A DNA stretch of 64,000 bases from assembly GCA_964357615.1 (NCBI GenBank), contig CAYHMC010000003.1:34678-98677 (forward strand). Direction: 5' to 3'. Below the pieces are notes generated by a model. The model made no database searches, was not told the DNA's origin, and saw only the letters and a program-made list of their open reading frames with translations. Below, piece by piece: positions 37,583-48,611 of this stretch. The DNA is from an uncultured Candidatus Saccharibacteria bacterium. GTDB lineage: Bacteria > Patescibacteriota > Minisyncoccia > UBA6257 > JACOXY01. The number at the start of each line of letters is the position of its first letter. Positions within the stretch are counted from its first letter, which is position 1. Both the position numbers and the translations under genes were made by a program.

Positions 37583-38812
37583 TTATTTAGTTGACTTAGC
37601 TGTGATTACAAAAAGAGCAATTAGTACGATAGCTGCGAAACCAATACCAAGCCAAGGCAACCAAGGATACTGTTCTGTTATCCGGCTCTCCTCTTTATCA
37701 CACACATTCCCTATCTTATCTCCATCAACATCCGCCTGATCTGAATTGGGCAAATCTTTACAGTTATCTTTGATATTAATAATTCCGTCTCTATCAAAAT
37801 CATCACAGGCATCACCCCTACCATTTCTGTCTATATCAACTTGATCAAAATTGCTAAGCGACACGCAATTATCATAAATATCTGAGATATTATCCTTATC
37901 AGTATCAGAAAGCGTATAAGTTGGATTGCTCATGGTCGGCAAAGTAGCAAGCTTAAGCACTCCTTCGTTATTAGACAAATTTCCAGCCTCTCCAGTTACG
38001 TGATAAACTCTTCTATCAGAATCAAAGTAAATTCGATAAGTTGTGTTTGGGCTGGCTAAAAACCTTAGCCCTCTAGAAATTGTTTTTGATACATTTTCTT
38101 CTTCTAATCTAAGCTCTGATATTCGAAGCGGCTGTGAATAAGTTAAATTTATACGCCAAGAATTTGATGTTGTCTTTGGAAATTGTATCGACTGTCGACT
38201 CATACTACGCTTAGCAACAATAATTTTATCAAAAACGCCTACATTGGCTCTTATTTCAATCGATGTTGGCAATGCAACATTATTATCTAGGAGCACCGTC
38301 AAAGCCGAGCTTGTAATCGGCTCAGAACTTTTGAGCGCTATGGACACCGTTCCAACTGCATTTTCTGGAAGCATAAATTCTGAAAATGTATTTACGTTAT
38401 TATCAACCATTAAATTTGCACTTGAAATATCTAAAGACGATTCAGCCGTGACTGGTATTTTTTGAATTAGAATATCATTTTTAAGATACGATGGTTCAAA
38501 TTTATTTTCTGTTTCATTAAAAACTGCAAAATCAAGACGCTCCAAAAAATCGTTTTCAATTGGAACTTCAACCACAGTTGGGACATTTATTTTTAGGATT
38601 TTGCATGAGCTCTCCGTTATTGGATACTCTAAAAGACAGGCTTTGTAGCCAATATTATCTATTTTTTTATATTTTCTGAAGGCTGTAAAAATTTCTATTG
38701 TGCCTGAATTTGGTGCATCTTGTGCAAATACTAAATTGGCTAAGCTGAAAATACATGCCACCATAATCAAACTTGCTCTTTTCTTTTTTTGATTTGACAT
38801 TAGTATTTTCAA
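37583..38812 (-). CDS. Secreted protein with thrombospondin type-3-like calcium-binding repeats and C-terminal TM anchor
   Basis: Repeated DxDxDGxxD segments ([14 protein letters not shown]…[26 protein letters not shown]…[12 protein letters not shown]). Signal peptide present. Confidence 0.6.
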   Translation of the reverse strand: MKILMSNQKKKRASLIMVACIFSLANLVFAQDAPNSGTIEIFTAFRKYKKIDNIGYKACLLEYPITESSCKILKINVPTVVEVPIENDFLERLDFAVFNETENKFEPSYLKNDILIQKIPVTAESSLDISSANLMVDNNVNTFSEFMLPENAVGTVSIALKSSEPITSSALTVLLDNNVALPTSIEIRANVGVFDKIIVAKRSMSRQSIQFPKTTSNSWRINLTYSQPLRISELRLEEENVSKTISRGLRFLASPNTTYRIYFDSDRRVYHVTGEAGNLSNNEGVLKLATLPTMSNPTYTLSDTDKDNISDIYDNCVSLSNFDQVDIDRNGRGDACDDFDRDGIINIKDNCKDLPNSDQADVDGDKIGNVCDKEESRITEQYPWLPWLGIGFAAIVLIALFVITAKSTK

Positions 38813-40690
38813 TTAACCATTAAGAATATTCTTATTTTTATTTGCTCTTCCAAGAAATGCGGTGCTGATGAGTAATGCTCCAATTAAGAAAAAGGTTGCG
38901 GTTCTGATAGGTAATTCCATTTGCCAAACATCAACCAGTAGCAACCTACCTATCACAAAAGCCAAAAGCGCTCCTCCATAAGTAAGCATACCTTTTACTG
39001 CATTTGTTCGACCATAAAAATATGCCATAAGACCAACGATTGTATAAGCAACAAGCGAAATCATTACCGCAGCTTGAGCCCAATCTTTAAAAACAATGTG
39101 AAGCGAAAGCCAAATTAGCGCAAAAACATAGATAGAACTAAGGACGAGGGAGATTATGGTTAGAGATGATTGCGGTATTTTTTCTTTTTCGCTAGCTAGA
39201 TAGAAAAATGCACCAATGCCAAAGAGAGAAAGGGCGAGCATTAAAAGCACAAAAAAGTGTGTATTTAATATGCTGTTATGCCACTCATATAAATCTAGAC
39301 TTCCAAAAGACATAAGTATCGGCCCAATAATAAGAAATGAAAGAGCTTCGCTCTCTTCTCTCCTGCGCAAGACAACATAAGAAATAATTGGGATAAGCGC
39401 GCTTTCTATCGTGTAGGCTATTGTAAGTACAGCTCCATCTAGCTCAGCTGCAGTTGCAGCGGCAAGCATTGCAATACTTACGCCCAAATAGATATAAAAT
39501 GGTTCGCGTCTACCAGTTGCCCTAAAAATACTAAATCCACCGGCAGCGAAAACAACCATCCATGCTGAGATTATTAAGCTTCTCCACTCGGTTGACGCAG
39601 CAGACCAAATCCACAAAAGAAGCAGTAGACCATTTATTGATGCGGTAACAAGATCTGATGTAATTGATTTATCCTGAACCTTTAGAGCTCCTAAAGTGTG
39701 CGAAACATAAAATATTCCAGAGAACGCATATATAAAAAGCAAAACAACTTGAGGATCAGCTCCGCTGTATCCATTCAAATCTGGCAAACTATATAATCCA
39801 ACCATCATTAATCCTGCCGTAATAAGCTCTCTCCACCCCCTAAGTGCAGCTACCCAAAGAGTTCCAATAACAACAACCAGCAAATATGAATATAGTCCTA
39901 TGTGAGTTGTATCAGTCGAATTTGTAAGTAGCGGAGCAAAACCAGCCAAAATTAAACTTGAAAATGCTAAACTGCGACTCTGGTAGCGAACCGAAGCAAA
40001 CGCAACAAGCGCAGTGCTCATAAACATAATTACAAGCGCAGATAAAGGATCGAAAAAATTATAAAGTTGTCGCGCTGCAAATGTAGTTAGTAAAATTACA
40101 GTTGAACCCAAAACAATAAAAGTACCACCTTGATTTAGGTATTTGTTTATTCTCCAAAAACCCAGAATCATAATTAATGCTCCAGAAACAAGACCTAATG
40201 AAATTCGGCCCATCTCACCAATCCAGTCGTTTAATATGGCATAAGTGACAAACCATCCAAAACCAAGAAGAATTAGGAATGCGCCGAGCTTTAAAAGCCA
40301 ATCATCTTTTAGCCATTCAAAAAATCGCCCACTCCAATCCGATTCTGATTCATAAGAACTTGGCATCATTGAATCTCTATCCTGATCTTTATGAAAGTGA
40401 GATGTATAAGGTGCTGGTGGTAAATTTCCTGTTGTACCCAAATTACTGCTTGCCTCGCCAGAAACAAAAACACCTTCATCTTTCTTAAGATTACTCATCT
40501 GTTCTTTGATTTCTCTTCTAGAAAGTTTGTCGATTTGATTTTCTAGATTTCTAACACGCTCCCCAAGTTTTCCAATACGAATAAAAGTAATTATAGGAGC
40601 AACAAAAACAAAAAAGACAATTAAGCCACCGAAGAAAAGTAATGAATCCATCCCGTTAGAAGCAGATCGCGATAAAGATAACGCGATCAA
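38813..40690 (-). CDS. Large polytopic membrane protein (DUF2339-like), N-terminal coiled coil
   Basis: More than 14 predicted TM helices. Abuts the upstream TSP3 gene with no gap. Confidence 0.45.
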   Translation of the reverse strand: MIALSLSRSASNGMDSLLFFGGLIVFFVFVAPIITFIRIGKLGERVRNLENQIDKLSRREIKEQMSNLKKDEGVFVSGEASSNLGTTGNLPPAPYTSHFHKDQDRDSMMPSSYESESDWSGRFFEWLKDDWLLKLGAFLILLGFGWFVTYAILNDWIGEMGRISLGLVSGALIMILGFWRINKYLNQGGTFIVLGSTVILLTTFAARQLYNFFDPLSALVIMFMSTALVAFASVRYQSRSLAFSSLILAGFAPLLTNSTDTTHIGLYSYLLVVVIGTLWVAALRGWRELITAGLMMVGLYSLPDLNGYSGADPQVVLLFIYAFSGIFYVSHTLGALKVQDKSITSDLVTASINGLLLLLWIWSAASTEWRSLIISAWMVVFAAGGFSIFRATGRREPFYIYLGVSIAMLAAATAAELDGAVLTIAYTIESALIPIISYVVLRRREESEALSFLIIGPILMSFGSLDLYEWHNSILNTHFFVLLMLALSLFGIGAFFYLASEKEKIPQSSLTIISLVLSSIYVFALIWLSLHIVFKDWAQAAVMISLVAYTIVGLMAYFYGRTNAVKGMLTYGGALLAFVIGRLLLVDVWQMELPIRTATFFLIGALLISTAFLGRANKNKNILNG

Positions 40691-40832
40691 TGCTTATTAT
40701 AAAATAACTCGACTTGTATTTAGATTGTATTTTCATATTTGTAAAAATAGTGATCGCGGCTTCTAACGGGATCCATTTATTAATTATAGTGTTATTTACG
40801 ATATTATCACTGTGGATAATATTCTTAAATTT

Positions 40833-41879
40833 CTATAATTCTTTTAAGTCAATAATTTTAAATTCCGGTTGAAATTTATTATTTATTACGACGGGCACGC
40901 TCAAAACCTGGGTAACTCTACCCCCTTCAACATAAAAAACTAAAGCTAAACTATTCATTGTATCTTTGCTAAAACTTTGATCGAAAACAAAATTCCCTAA
41001 ACTCCACGCCACCCAAGTATTATTAATTTTCTCTACGCCCTGAACAACATGTGGATGATGTCCGATTATTAAATCAGCACCAGCACCAGACAACTGTTTT
41101 GCCAATTTTTTTTGAGATACATTTGGTACTTTTTCATATTCATCTCCCCAGTGCAATAGTATCGTAACAAATATATTTTCTTTCTTAAGTGATTTAATTA
41201 AATTCAAAGTCGTTGAGGCATACACATTGCTTGTTCCTGCTCGCGAGTCATGCGCCATTAGTGATTTTGGATATAAAGTTGTATAAGATAAAAATGCAAA
41301 TTTTTGACCATTCACTTCTTTTATATTTGGTTTGTTGGCTTCATCAAAATTAGAACCAACTCCAACGCCATAAATACCAACATCACTCAATCGTTTTATA
41401 GTATCCAAGAAAGCTTCACTGCCATAATCAAAAATATGATTATTCGCCAAAGAAAACACATCAAATCCAGCATAAAGAATACCTTCTAACATTTTTGGTG
41501 CGAAGCGGAAAGAATATATGCTACCAACTTTTTTGCCTCGGTCAGAAATTGACCCCTCAAGATTTCCAATTGTTATATCAGCGCTTTTTAAAAAAGTAGC
41601 AGATTTCAAAAATGGGAATAGTGGATCATTATTCTTATTGCTAACATGAGCTACGCCTCTATCTAGCATAATATCCCCGACAAACAAAAGAGAGGTGATT
41701 CTTTTATAATTGGCTAATTTATTTTCGTTCTTAATAGTATTTTGTATTGAAGCAAAATCAGGCAACTTATTTTGCTTTTTAAACTTAGATTCAAAAACTA
41801 AAGTTATGGATATCGTAAATATAAAAAAACCAACGAATACAATAATTAAGTATTTGTTGAATATGAACTTTTTATGCAT
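40833..41879 (-). CDS. CapA/PGA_cap family metallophosphatase
   Basis: LLFVGDIMLDRGV…GNLEGSIS…NNHIFDYG motifs. Confidence 0.7.
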   Translation of the reverse strand: MHKKFIFNKYLIIVFVGFFIFTISITLVFESKFKKQNKLPDFASIQNTIKNENKLANYKRITSLLFVGDIMLDRGVAHVSNKNNDPLFPFLKSATFLKSADITIGNLEGSISDRGKKVGSIYSFRFAPKMLEGILYAGFDVFSLANNHIFDYGSEAFLDTIKRLSDVGIYGVGVGSNFDEANKPNIKEVNGQKFAFLSYTTLYPKSLMAHDSRAGTSNVYASTTLNLIKSLKKENIFVTILLHWGDEYEKVPNVSQKKLAKQLSGAGADLIIGHHPHVVQGVEKINNTWVAWSLGNFVFDQSFSKDTMNSLALVFYVEGGRVTQVLSVPVVINNKFQPEFKIIDLKEL

Positions 41880-41896
41880 ACGAAATCTATATTTGC

Positions 41897-43504
41897 TTAT
41901 ATTTTTTTTAATAGTGCCTGAGTTTTTTTAACATCTCGAAGAATTTGTTTTTCGTAGACTTTAGCGCTGGCAACTTGTTTTATTTGTTCATCTTGAACTA
42001 TGTAAATGTAATCCAACCTCGCTTGATCTAAAAATGCCCTGTCGTGCGAAACTAAAATAACTGTGCCCTTAAAAGACTCTAGAACATCCACTAGGGCGGT
42101 AATGGCAGGTTCATCTAAGTGATTTGTTGGTTCGTCGAGCAATAAAACATTAACAGTTCTGGCAGCAAAACCAGCAATAAGTAACCTCGATCTTCCGCCT
42201 GGGCTAAGTCGCGAAATTGGCTTACTGGATTCAGCAGAATCAAATCCATATTTCTTAAGAATATTAAAAATAAACTCACGCGAAAAACCAATCTCTCCTT
42301 CTAAATATTCTAATAAATTTTTATCTCTTGGTAGGTTTTCGTGTGCTTGTGTTAGATTGCCAAAGATAAGTGCCGGCCCAACTTTTCTTACGCCTTTAAG
42401 TAGTTTTTGATTACCAGCTATCATCTTAATTAAGGTTGATTTTCCAGATCCATTTTTACCCAATATTCCTATTCTTCTTCCGAATGGGATTTCTAAAGAT
42501 ATTGGGCCAAGTTTAAAATCAGAATATCCTCCCAGGGCTTTTATTAAGTGTATACTTGGCTTAACTTTTAGGGCAGAATCACCAATTTCAATTGAAAGCT
42601 TTGCTCGTTCTATCGGTTTGTCTAAATGCGGAAGTTGAGAAATGCGGGACTCAATCGCTTTAGTTTGAGAGCTTAGATTTCTTTGGGCTCTGTTTTGATG
42701 ATACCCACTTGCCATTTTATCGTTATCACCAGTTCCATATTTGATACTTCTTTGCACGTGCTCTTTCTTTTTTTGAATTGCCGAAAAAAGTTGGTTTCTT
42801 TTTTCTTCTCTTTGGTGATACTCGTATTTTTGTTTTAGAAAAAGTTTTGCTTTATAAGCTAAGTACTCTGTGTGATTTCCAACAAAACTTACCACTTCTC
42901 GCTTAAACCAATCAATCTCTAAAACGCGGGTAATAACGCCATCCAAAAAACGCCGGTCATGAGAAACAATAATTGCAGATTTTTTTGATTCTCGAATATA
43001 TTCCTCTAGCCAAAGAAGCGCGGGTAAATCTAAATTATTTGTTGGTTCATCAAGCAAAAGTATTGGAGCATCATCCAAAAGCAGGGCTACAAGCGCCAAC
43101 TTGCTTCGCTCTCCTCCACTCATTTCGGAGATCACAGATTTAGAATTTATTTTATCCAATCCAAATCCTCTAAAAAACATCGTAGCGCGAAGCATAATTT
43201 TTTTATCGTCTGCTCTCGCCCCAAGAACTTTGCCAAAATATTCTCCGACATTTTTTACTTCTTTTACATCTATCTCTTGCTCAAGATACCCTATACGAGC
43301 GCCCCTTTTTAATTCCATGCTTCCCGTGTCGCTTGGTAAATTTTTAGAAATTATTTTAAGAAGCGTTGATTTACCAGCGCCATTTGCGCCAACAAGCGCC
43401 ACTTTTTCTCCTTCTTGCAACAAAAATGAAGCGTTTTTAAGTATAACCCTAACGCCATATAGTTTACTTATATTTTTTAATATTAGAATTGGTGACATAA
43501 TCAA
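41897..43504 (-). CDS. ABC-F family ATPase (tandem ABC domains, no TM)
   Basis: Two Walker A sites (GANGAGKST, GKNGSGKST) and two signatures (MSGGERSKLALV, LSPGGRSRLLIA), with a linker between them. Confidence 0.8.
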   Translation of the reverse strand: MIMSPILILKNISKLYGVRVILKNASFLLQEGEKVALVGANGAGKSTLLKIISKNLPSDTGSMELKRGARIGYLEQEIDVKEVKNVGEYFGKVLGARADDKKIMLRATMFFRGFGLDKINSKSVISEMSGGERSKLALVALLLDDAPILLLDEPTNNLDLPALLWLEEYIRESKKSAIIVSHDRRFLDGVITRVLEIDWFKREVVSFVGNHTEYLAYKAKLFLKQKYEYHQREEKRNQLFSAIQKKKEHVQRSIKYGTGDNDKMASGYHQNRAQRNLSSQTKAIESRISQLPHLDKPIERAKLSIEIGDSALKVKPSIHLIKALGGYSDFKLGPISLEIPFGRRIGILGKNGSGKSTLIKMIAGNQKLLKGVRKVGPALIFGNLTQAHENLPRDKNLLEYLEGEIGFSREFIFNILKKYGFDSAESSKPISRLSPGGRSRLLIAGFAARTVNVLLLDEPTNHLDEPAITALVDVLESFKGTVILVSHDRAFLDQARLDYIYIVQDEQIKQVASAKVYEKQILRDVKKTQALLKKI

Positions 43505-43573
43505 AAACTAATTTTGGGCTTACAATCTGCACGAATTAACTCTCGTGCAAATTATAAAACTTAAATCAAAGCT

Positions 43574-44950
43574 TCAGTTTTTGGGTGCATTCATTTTCTC
43601 TGAACTCAGCTCACCCACGCCCATCACCATACCAATTACAAGCCACAACATCAACCTTCCGGGTTCTAACGTCCAAAAATAATGATCTACCATACCCAAG
43701 GCAAGCAGTGAAAGTAACATTATTTTTGTGGTATAGTTTTCGAGATTAAAGTTCAAGCGAAACGACTTCATGGGAAATATTCCCTGTGCTAGTATTTTTA
43801 CTATAAAAATTAAAAACACTAAAAGGCCAAATATACCAATCTCTACGGCTATTAATATGTAAATATTATGAATTGGTTGCCACTCCCAAACATTTACCAT
43901 TCCTGCGTTATGATAAACACGATTATCGACTGAATAAATTACTTGATTCCCCAAACCAACACCAAGTGGATTATTTTTAATCAAATCGATGCCCACTCTA
44001 TTATAAGATAACCTATAAGAAACGGCTGGATCTTTTTTAGAAATTTGTGAGCGTGGAAAAATAAATGGCCAACAAGTCACCAGCAATATTACGCTGGTGA
44101 ATGCAAACAAAATTGCCAAACGAACTGCTTGAATCCAATGCTTTGTGAAAAAAGTAATAAAAATTATAGAGAATGTTAAAATCAAAGAAACAATCCAAGC
44201 GCTACGAGAAAATGTCAAAACTATTCCCAAAAGAATTATAAATATTCCTGTGCCTAGGAATAAATCACTTTTTAAGGTTTTTAATCCTGCCCAAATTTTC
44301 CATTCCGATGGACGCTTGAGCCAAAAATAATATATGGATGCTAATCCTAAAACAAGAAATGCTCCCAATATGTTTGGATGTGGAAATGTTCCATACGCCC
44401 TAAGTATTTGTATCCCCTCTATGATAATTTTTGCAGACCCTGGGACAAATTGACCGAGCCACGATTCGCCAAGCCACCAAAAACCCAAACTCTTTTGTAA
44501 AACAAATTGAAAATATCCAATAATCGCCTCGAAAACCGCCAAGGATGCAATTGAGCCTATAGATAACACAAAATTGCTCTTATCACTCGTGATTGCTCTG
44601 GAAACAACAAACGAAGTAATGCATAAGAATAAAAGGCGAACAAAATTATAGAGCGATAAAAATGGTAGGGTTGCTGAAAATATTGAAATTCCACAAATGA
44701 CAATAAAAAAAAATAAAATTTTTATACTACTTGCTTTATGCAATTTATTCGAACTTTTAAATAAGTGAGCGTGTTCTTTAAGACTAAAATTACTAAATAG
44801 AAAAAAACCAACTAATAAAAGCAAAGTGATATCGTTAGCATAAAAAAAGGCTGTTTCATATTCATCGAACCCCGGAGTCCATTGATATAATATCTTTCGA
44901 TAACCAAAGGGTATATTAATTAAAAAAAGATAAAAAAGTGCAATCCACAC
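43574..44950 (-). CDS. Polytopic membrane protein, O-antigen ligase/Wzy-like
   Basis: About 12 TM helices with a periplasmic loop. Weak family assignment. Confidence 0.4.
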   Translation of the reverse strand: MWIALFYLFLINIPFGYRKILYQWTPGFDEYETAFFYANDITLLLLVGFFLFSNFSLKEHAHLFKSSNKLHKASSIKILFFFIVICGISIFSATLPFLSLYNFVRLLFLCITSFVVSRAITSDKSNFVLSIGSIASLAVFEAIIGYFQFVLQKSLGFWWLGESWLGQFVPGSAKIIIEGIQILRAYGTFPHPNILGAFLVLGLASIYYFWLKRPSEWKIWAGLKTLKSDLFLGTGIFIILLGIVLTFSRSAWIVSLILTFSIIFITFFTKHWIQAVRLAILFAFTSVILLVTCWPFIFPRSQISKKDPAVSYRLSYNRVGIDLIKNNPLGVGLGNQVIYSVDNRVYHNAGMVNVWEWQPIHNIYILIAVEIGIFGLLVFLIFIVKILAQGIFPMKSFRLNFNLENYTTKIMLLSLLALGMVDHYFWTLEPGRLMLWLVIGMVMGVGELSSEKMNAPKN

Positions 44951-45024
44951 TTAATAGGCGACCCACAACCCAAAACCTAAAACGATTGCCTTGCGATTAG
45001 TCATAGGTTATTAGTTGTTGGTAA

Positions 45025-45555
45025 TTATTTGTCTAGTAATTTTATTTTTATATATGTCACGTCGCTTGGATTAGGGCTGAAAGATATGTCTCTCGTGGAT
45101 TTATTTAGCATTTGTTTTAGCTTGCGAGCAATTTTTAAAGCTAATTGATTTTCAGTTGTTGTAATTACTAGTTCTTTTTTATTTTTAACAACTGCGATAA
45201 CTCTATCCATTGGATCTCTTTCCCAAGCGCGCCGGCCATATGCCGAAACAAAACTGGTTATTTCCTTCTCGTTTTTTTCTGAAACATTTTCAATGGAAAT
45301 CTTACCTTCAAACTGCTTTGATTTTAACATTACGCAAGCCGGACACTTTTTAAAAATTACGGGGAGATTCTGATTCTCTGATTTTATTTTTTCTAGACCA
45401 TGATACCACCTCTTCTTAAAATAAGCGGCTTTGCAAATTTCACAAATTATTACACCCTTGCTACCACTTAAAGATTCTTCCGATCCCTTTTTATTAATTG
45501 GTTTTTCTGTATTCTGTTTTGATCGTTTTATTCCATTATAAGATATTTGATTCAT
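45025..45555 (-). CDS. Hypothetical zinc-ribbon protein (CEIC…CPAC)
   Basis: Cys pairs 28 aa apart. Basic N-terminus. Confidence 0.4.
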   Translation of the reverse strand: MNQISYNGIKRSKQNTEKPINKKGSEESLSGSKGVIICEICKAAYFKKRWYHGLEKIKSENQNLPVIFKKCPACVMLKSKQFEGKISIENVSEKNEKEITSFVSAYGRRAWERDPMDRVIAVVKNKKELVITTTENQLALKIARKLKQMLNKSTRDISFSPNPSDVTYIKIKLLDK

Positions 45556-45568
45556 AAAAGTTTATATA

Positions 45569-46720
45569 TTAAGGATATATTATTTCGGCTATCATTCCAA
45601 TTGCAAAAATCAAAATAACAAAATAGGCTGTTGTTTTTCCAAAATTAAGTAGCAATAATCGTGGCTTGTGCAATTCGTTCAGTTTGTTCCATATTAATGC
45701 AATGAAAATACACTCTACTGCTAAAAATATTCCACCCGCAATATCTATAAGTTCCAGAAATCCAAAATCCAAAAAATATATCATTGGTGGCAAAACTACA
45801 ACCAGAATGCCTGCTGTTAAGTGAGAAAATTTAAAATCTGCTTCCAGCATTTTTTTCAAACTTGAACCAATCGGTACATAAGTTGTAAAAAGTGCAGCAA
45901 TGCCCACGACTCCTAAAATTGGTAATAAAAAATTACCACTATTTGTAATGCCGGCTACGGAATCATCAGAAATATAATCAGAAGACAATCCCCAAATACC
46001 CAAGACAAATATAATATAGAGAATCGAGGGAATTGCTGTGCCCCAAAAAATTATCTTAGTTAGATATTTTTCTGAAAGGCGACTTTTTTTCATATCATCT
46101 AAAAGTGGCGTTATTGCGCTTCGTCCACTTAAAGAAAATAGCACTGGACCGAATGGAATAAAAAATATTGGTATTGATAACTCTCTTAAATAAAAATTTT
46201 TATTGCTGAAATCTCCGACTTGAATTCCTAGCACAAAAATAAAACCAATTAAAAATAAAATTGCGATCATAACAATAAATTCTATCATCGCTATTTTTTT
46301 TGCTTTTAAAAATATTGCAAATGATCCAATTGCCCAAAACAAAAAAACTATAACGGACGGAGAAATATCTGGAAATATGAGCTGAGCAAAACTAACCGAA
46401 AGAATAAGGTATGCGGCAGAAACAAGAATGGTGCCTATTCCAGTTGCAATTATAGATGGAATTCGTGCCCACTCACCTAGATATTTTCTAACATAGAGCA
46501 CAAAACCGGGAAGTCTTTCGGTGCGGAGAATAATATCAGCATACATAGAGTGAACAAGATAAAAAATAAAAGTAAACAAAGCTAAATAGAGTAACCCAAT
46601 CAAAAAACTAGATTCGCTAAAAATAAAAGGCAGGGAAAACATCCCCGCTCCAATTATTGTTCCAGCCAATATACTTGCTGGATATACATATTTTAATATA
46701 TTACCCATAACTCTGTGCAA
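45569..46720 (-). CDS. Polytopic membrane transporter (amino-acid-permease-like)
   Basis: About 11 TM helices. Confidence 0.4.
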   Translation of the reverse strand: MHRVMGNILKYVYPASILAGTIIGAGMFSLPFIFSESSFLIGLLYLALFTFIFYLVHSMYADIILRTERLPGFVLYVRKYLGEWARIPSIIATGIGTILVSAAYLILSVSFAQLIFPDISPSVIVFLFWAIGSFAIFLKAKKIAMIEFIVMIAILFLIGFIFVLGIQVGDFSNKNFYLRELSIPIFFIPFGPVLFSLSGRSAITPLLDDMKKSRLSEKYLTKIIFWGTAIPSILYIIFVLGIWGLSSDYISDDSVAGITNSGNFLLPILGVVGIAALFTTYVPIGSSLKKMLEADFKFSHLTAGILVVVLPPMIYFLDFGFLELIDIAGGIFLAVECIFIALIWNKLNELHKPRLLLLNFGKTTAYFVILIFAIGMIAEIIYP

Positions 46721-46729
46721 TTAATATTG

Positions 46730-47233
46730 CTATTCGGCAAAACGATCATTCTGATTTGATGGTCTATATGAAAGATTTTTTACAATTGCTTCTTCTACTA
46801 TCCAAAGAGCAACAAAAACAATAAGAACTAAAAAAGTGGTAAATGTAGCCACTGCATAAAATTTATACCCAACCGCCATGCCGATTGCAGCAGCAACCCA
46901 AAGCCCAGCAGCAGTTGTGACACCACGAAGCTTTGATGAATCAAAAATAATAATACCTGCTCCCAAAAAACCAATACCAACAACTATTTGAGCTGCAATT
47001 CTAGTGGGGTCAAAATTTATTGCGCCAATAACTTCTGCTCCACCAATAAATTTTAAAGCGTTTACGGAAATAATAGAAAAGAGACATGAGCCAAGCGACA
47101 CCAGTCCAAATGTTCGCATGCCAGCTTTTTTCTTTGCAATTTCTCGTTCAACTCCTAAAGCAGTACCCAAAAGCAACGCTAGTGTTAATTGACCAAATAT
47201 CTCCATATTCTCTTGTCCAAAAAATAATTCCAT
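46730..47233 (-). CDS. MgtC/SapB family membrane protein
   Basis: RGVTTAAGLWVAAAIGMAVG matches the MgtC signature. Confidence 0.7.
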   Translation of the reverse strand: MELFFGQENMEIFGQLTLALLLGTALGVEREIAKKKAGMRTFGLVSLGSCLFSIISVNALKFIGGAEVIGAINFDPTRIAAQIVVGIGFLGAGIIIFDSSKLRGVTTAAGLWVAAAIGMAVGYKFYAVATFTTFLVLIVFVALWIVEEAIVKNLSYRPSNQNDRFAE

Positions 47234-47234
47234 A

Positions 47235-47582
47235 CTATTTATAAATTAAATCACCCTCCCTAACTCTTTTCTTTACTTTTATACCAATTTCTTTATTGAG
47301 AGGAGTGGCTTTTATTTCTTTATAATCATACTGCATTGAAGAAATTTTTTGCTTAAAATCTGTTGTAGCTCCTTTAAAACGAACTTCGTCTCCAATTTTA
47401 ATCGGTTTTTTGCACTTAATTATACCCACTTTAATGTTACTAAAATAATGAGTTACGCGACCAATAGGCTTGCCGAGAACTTTATCGTTAGGCTTATTTT
47501 TTAAGACCACTTTTAAAATCTTTTTCTTTTTTAAAAGCTTTTTGGATATTTTTTTCTTTTTAACAACTTTCTTTTTTGTCAT
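47235..47582 (-). CDS. Lys-rich protein with C-terminal beta-barrel-like segment (115 aa)
   Basis: N-terminal 35 aa are K-rich. The C-terminal GRV…VGIIKCK…IKIGDEVRFKG resembles EF-Tu domain-2-like barrels. Confidence 0.35.
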   Translation of the reverse strand: MTKKKVVKKKKISKKLLKKKKILKVVLKNKPNDKVLGKPIGRVTHYFSNIKVGIIKCKKPIKIGDEVRFKGATTDFKQKISSMQYDYKEIKATPLNKEIGIKVKKRVREGDLIYK

Positions 47583-47589
47583 ATGCTTT

Positions 47590-48180
47590 TTATTCTTTAT
47601 ATTCCTTTTCTATTATAGCAACCAATCTATCTAATAACCTAACTGGATTTTCTTCGAAAACTGTCCTGTCTGAGGTACGGAATGTTTTATCAATAATTCC
47701 AGAAATAATATCTGCTGTGCCTCCAGATTTTAGCAAAACACCGGTGGGTTTTTTATCTTCATACCCAATCGTATACTCGTTTAAAGTACCCATACGACCA
47801 CAAATAGTAATAATAGCATCTGAAGACCTAGTAAGAATTAGGTTTCTTCCGGAATAATCGAAGCCGGTATATATAATAATGTCATGATAATCAGTTGGAA
47901 GATGATAGCTACGAAGATGGGCTGCTTTAGATGCGGCTGGCGAAAAACCAATAACCATTCCACCGGCCTCATAACACCCCTTGGCCGCCCAATACGGCAT
48001 TCCTGTTGTTGCTCCTGTTACTAAAACCATATCGCGCTCTGCAATAAGCCTACCAATTTCTTCGGCGTTTTCTACGGCAGATTTTGAGCAGTGGTCAGTA
48101 ACAGCTGCGCCAGAAACACAAATTTTATATTTTAGTGCCTTTTTGGAATGGCTATGTTTTTTGAGTGGTGACTTTGGCAT
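47590..48180 (-). CDS. LOG-family Rossmann-fold protein (TIGR00725-like)
   Basis: ICVSGAA…VLVTGATTG…ICGRMGTLNE, matching the GxGTxxE LOG signature. Confidence 0.55.
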   Translation of the reverse strand: MPKSPLKKHSHSKKALKYKICVSGAAVTDHCSKSAVENAEEIGRLIAERDMVLVTGATTGMPYWAAKGCYEAGGMVIGFSPAASKAAHLRSYHLPTDYHDIIIYTGFDYSGRNLILTRSSDAIITICGRMGTLNEYTIGYEDKKPTGVLLKSGGTADIISGIIDKTFRTSDRTVFEENPVRLLDRLVAIIEKEYKE

Positions 48181-48203
48181 TGTTAATTAATAAAATTTTT
48201 AAA

Positions 48204-48599
48204 TTAATATTTCTGATCTGGTGTTTTTTTTAAATTAAGGTCTATTTTTATATTTCTATTTCTCGTTGTTAAAAAAGCTACCGCGATGAGGCCAATTATT
48301 GATCCAGTAAAAAAAGTAATCATGCTCGAAAGTAATACAAAAAATATATAACCAATATTATTAAACATTCCTTTCGCCTTAAGAATGGATAAGCTCATGA
48401 TTGACACATAAATAATTTCGAAAGCTGATCCAAATTTTAAACCTATCAATCCAATTTTATCAGCACTAGTTTCAGTAATATATATGCCGAAAGCGACAAA
48501 GAATGCCCCAACTACAAGCACTAATGCAAGATTGATAATATAAAACAATATGGCTTGTTTCCAAGTTCTTGTTACAGATAGATCTATTATTGATTGCAT
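48204..48599 (-). CDS. Small membrane protein (131 aa)
   Basis: Four predicted TM helices. Confidence 0.35.
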   Translation of the reverse strand: MQSIIDLSVTRTWKQAILFYIINLALVLVVGAFFVAFGIYITETSADKIGLIGLKFGSAFEIIYVSIMSLSILKAKGMFNNIGYIFFVLLSSMITFFTGSIIGLIAVAFLTTRNRNIKIDLNLKKTPDQKY

Positions 48600-48611
48600 A
48601 AACTAATTATA

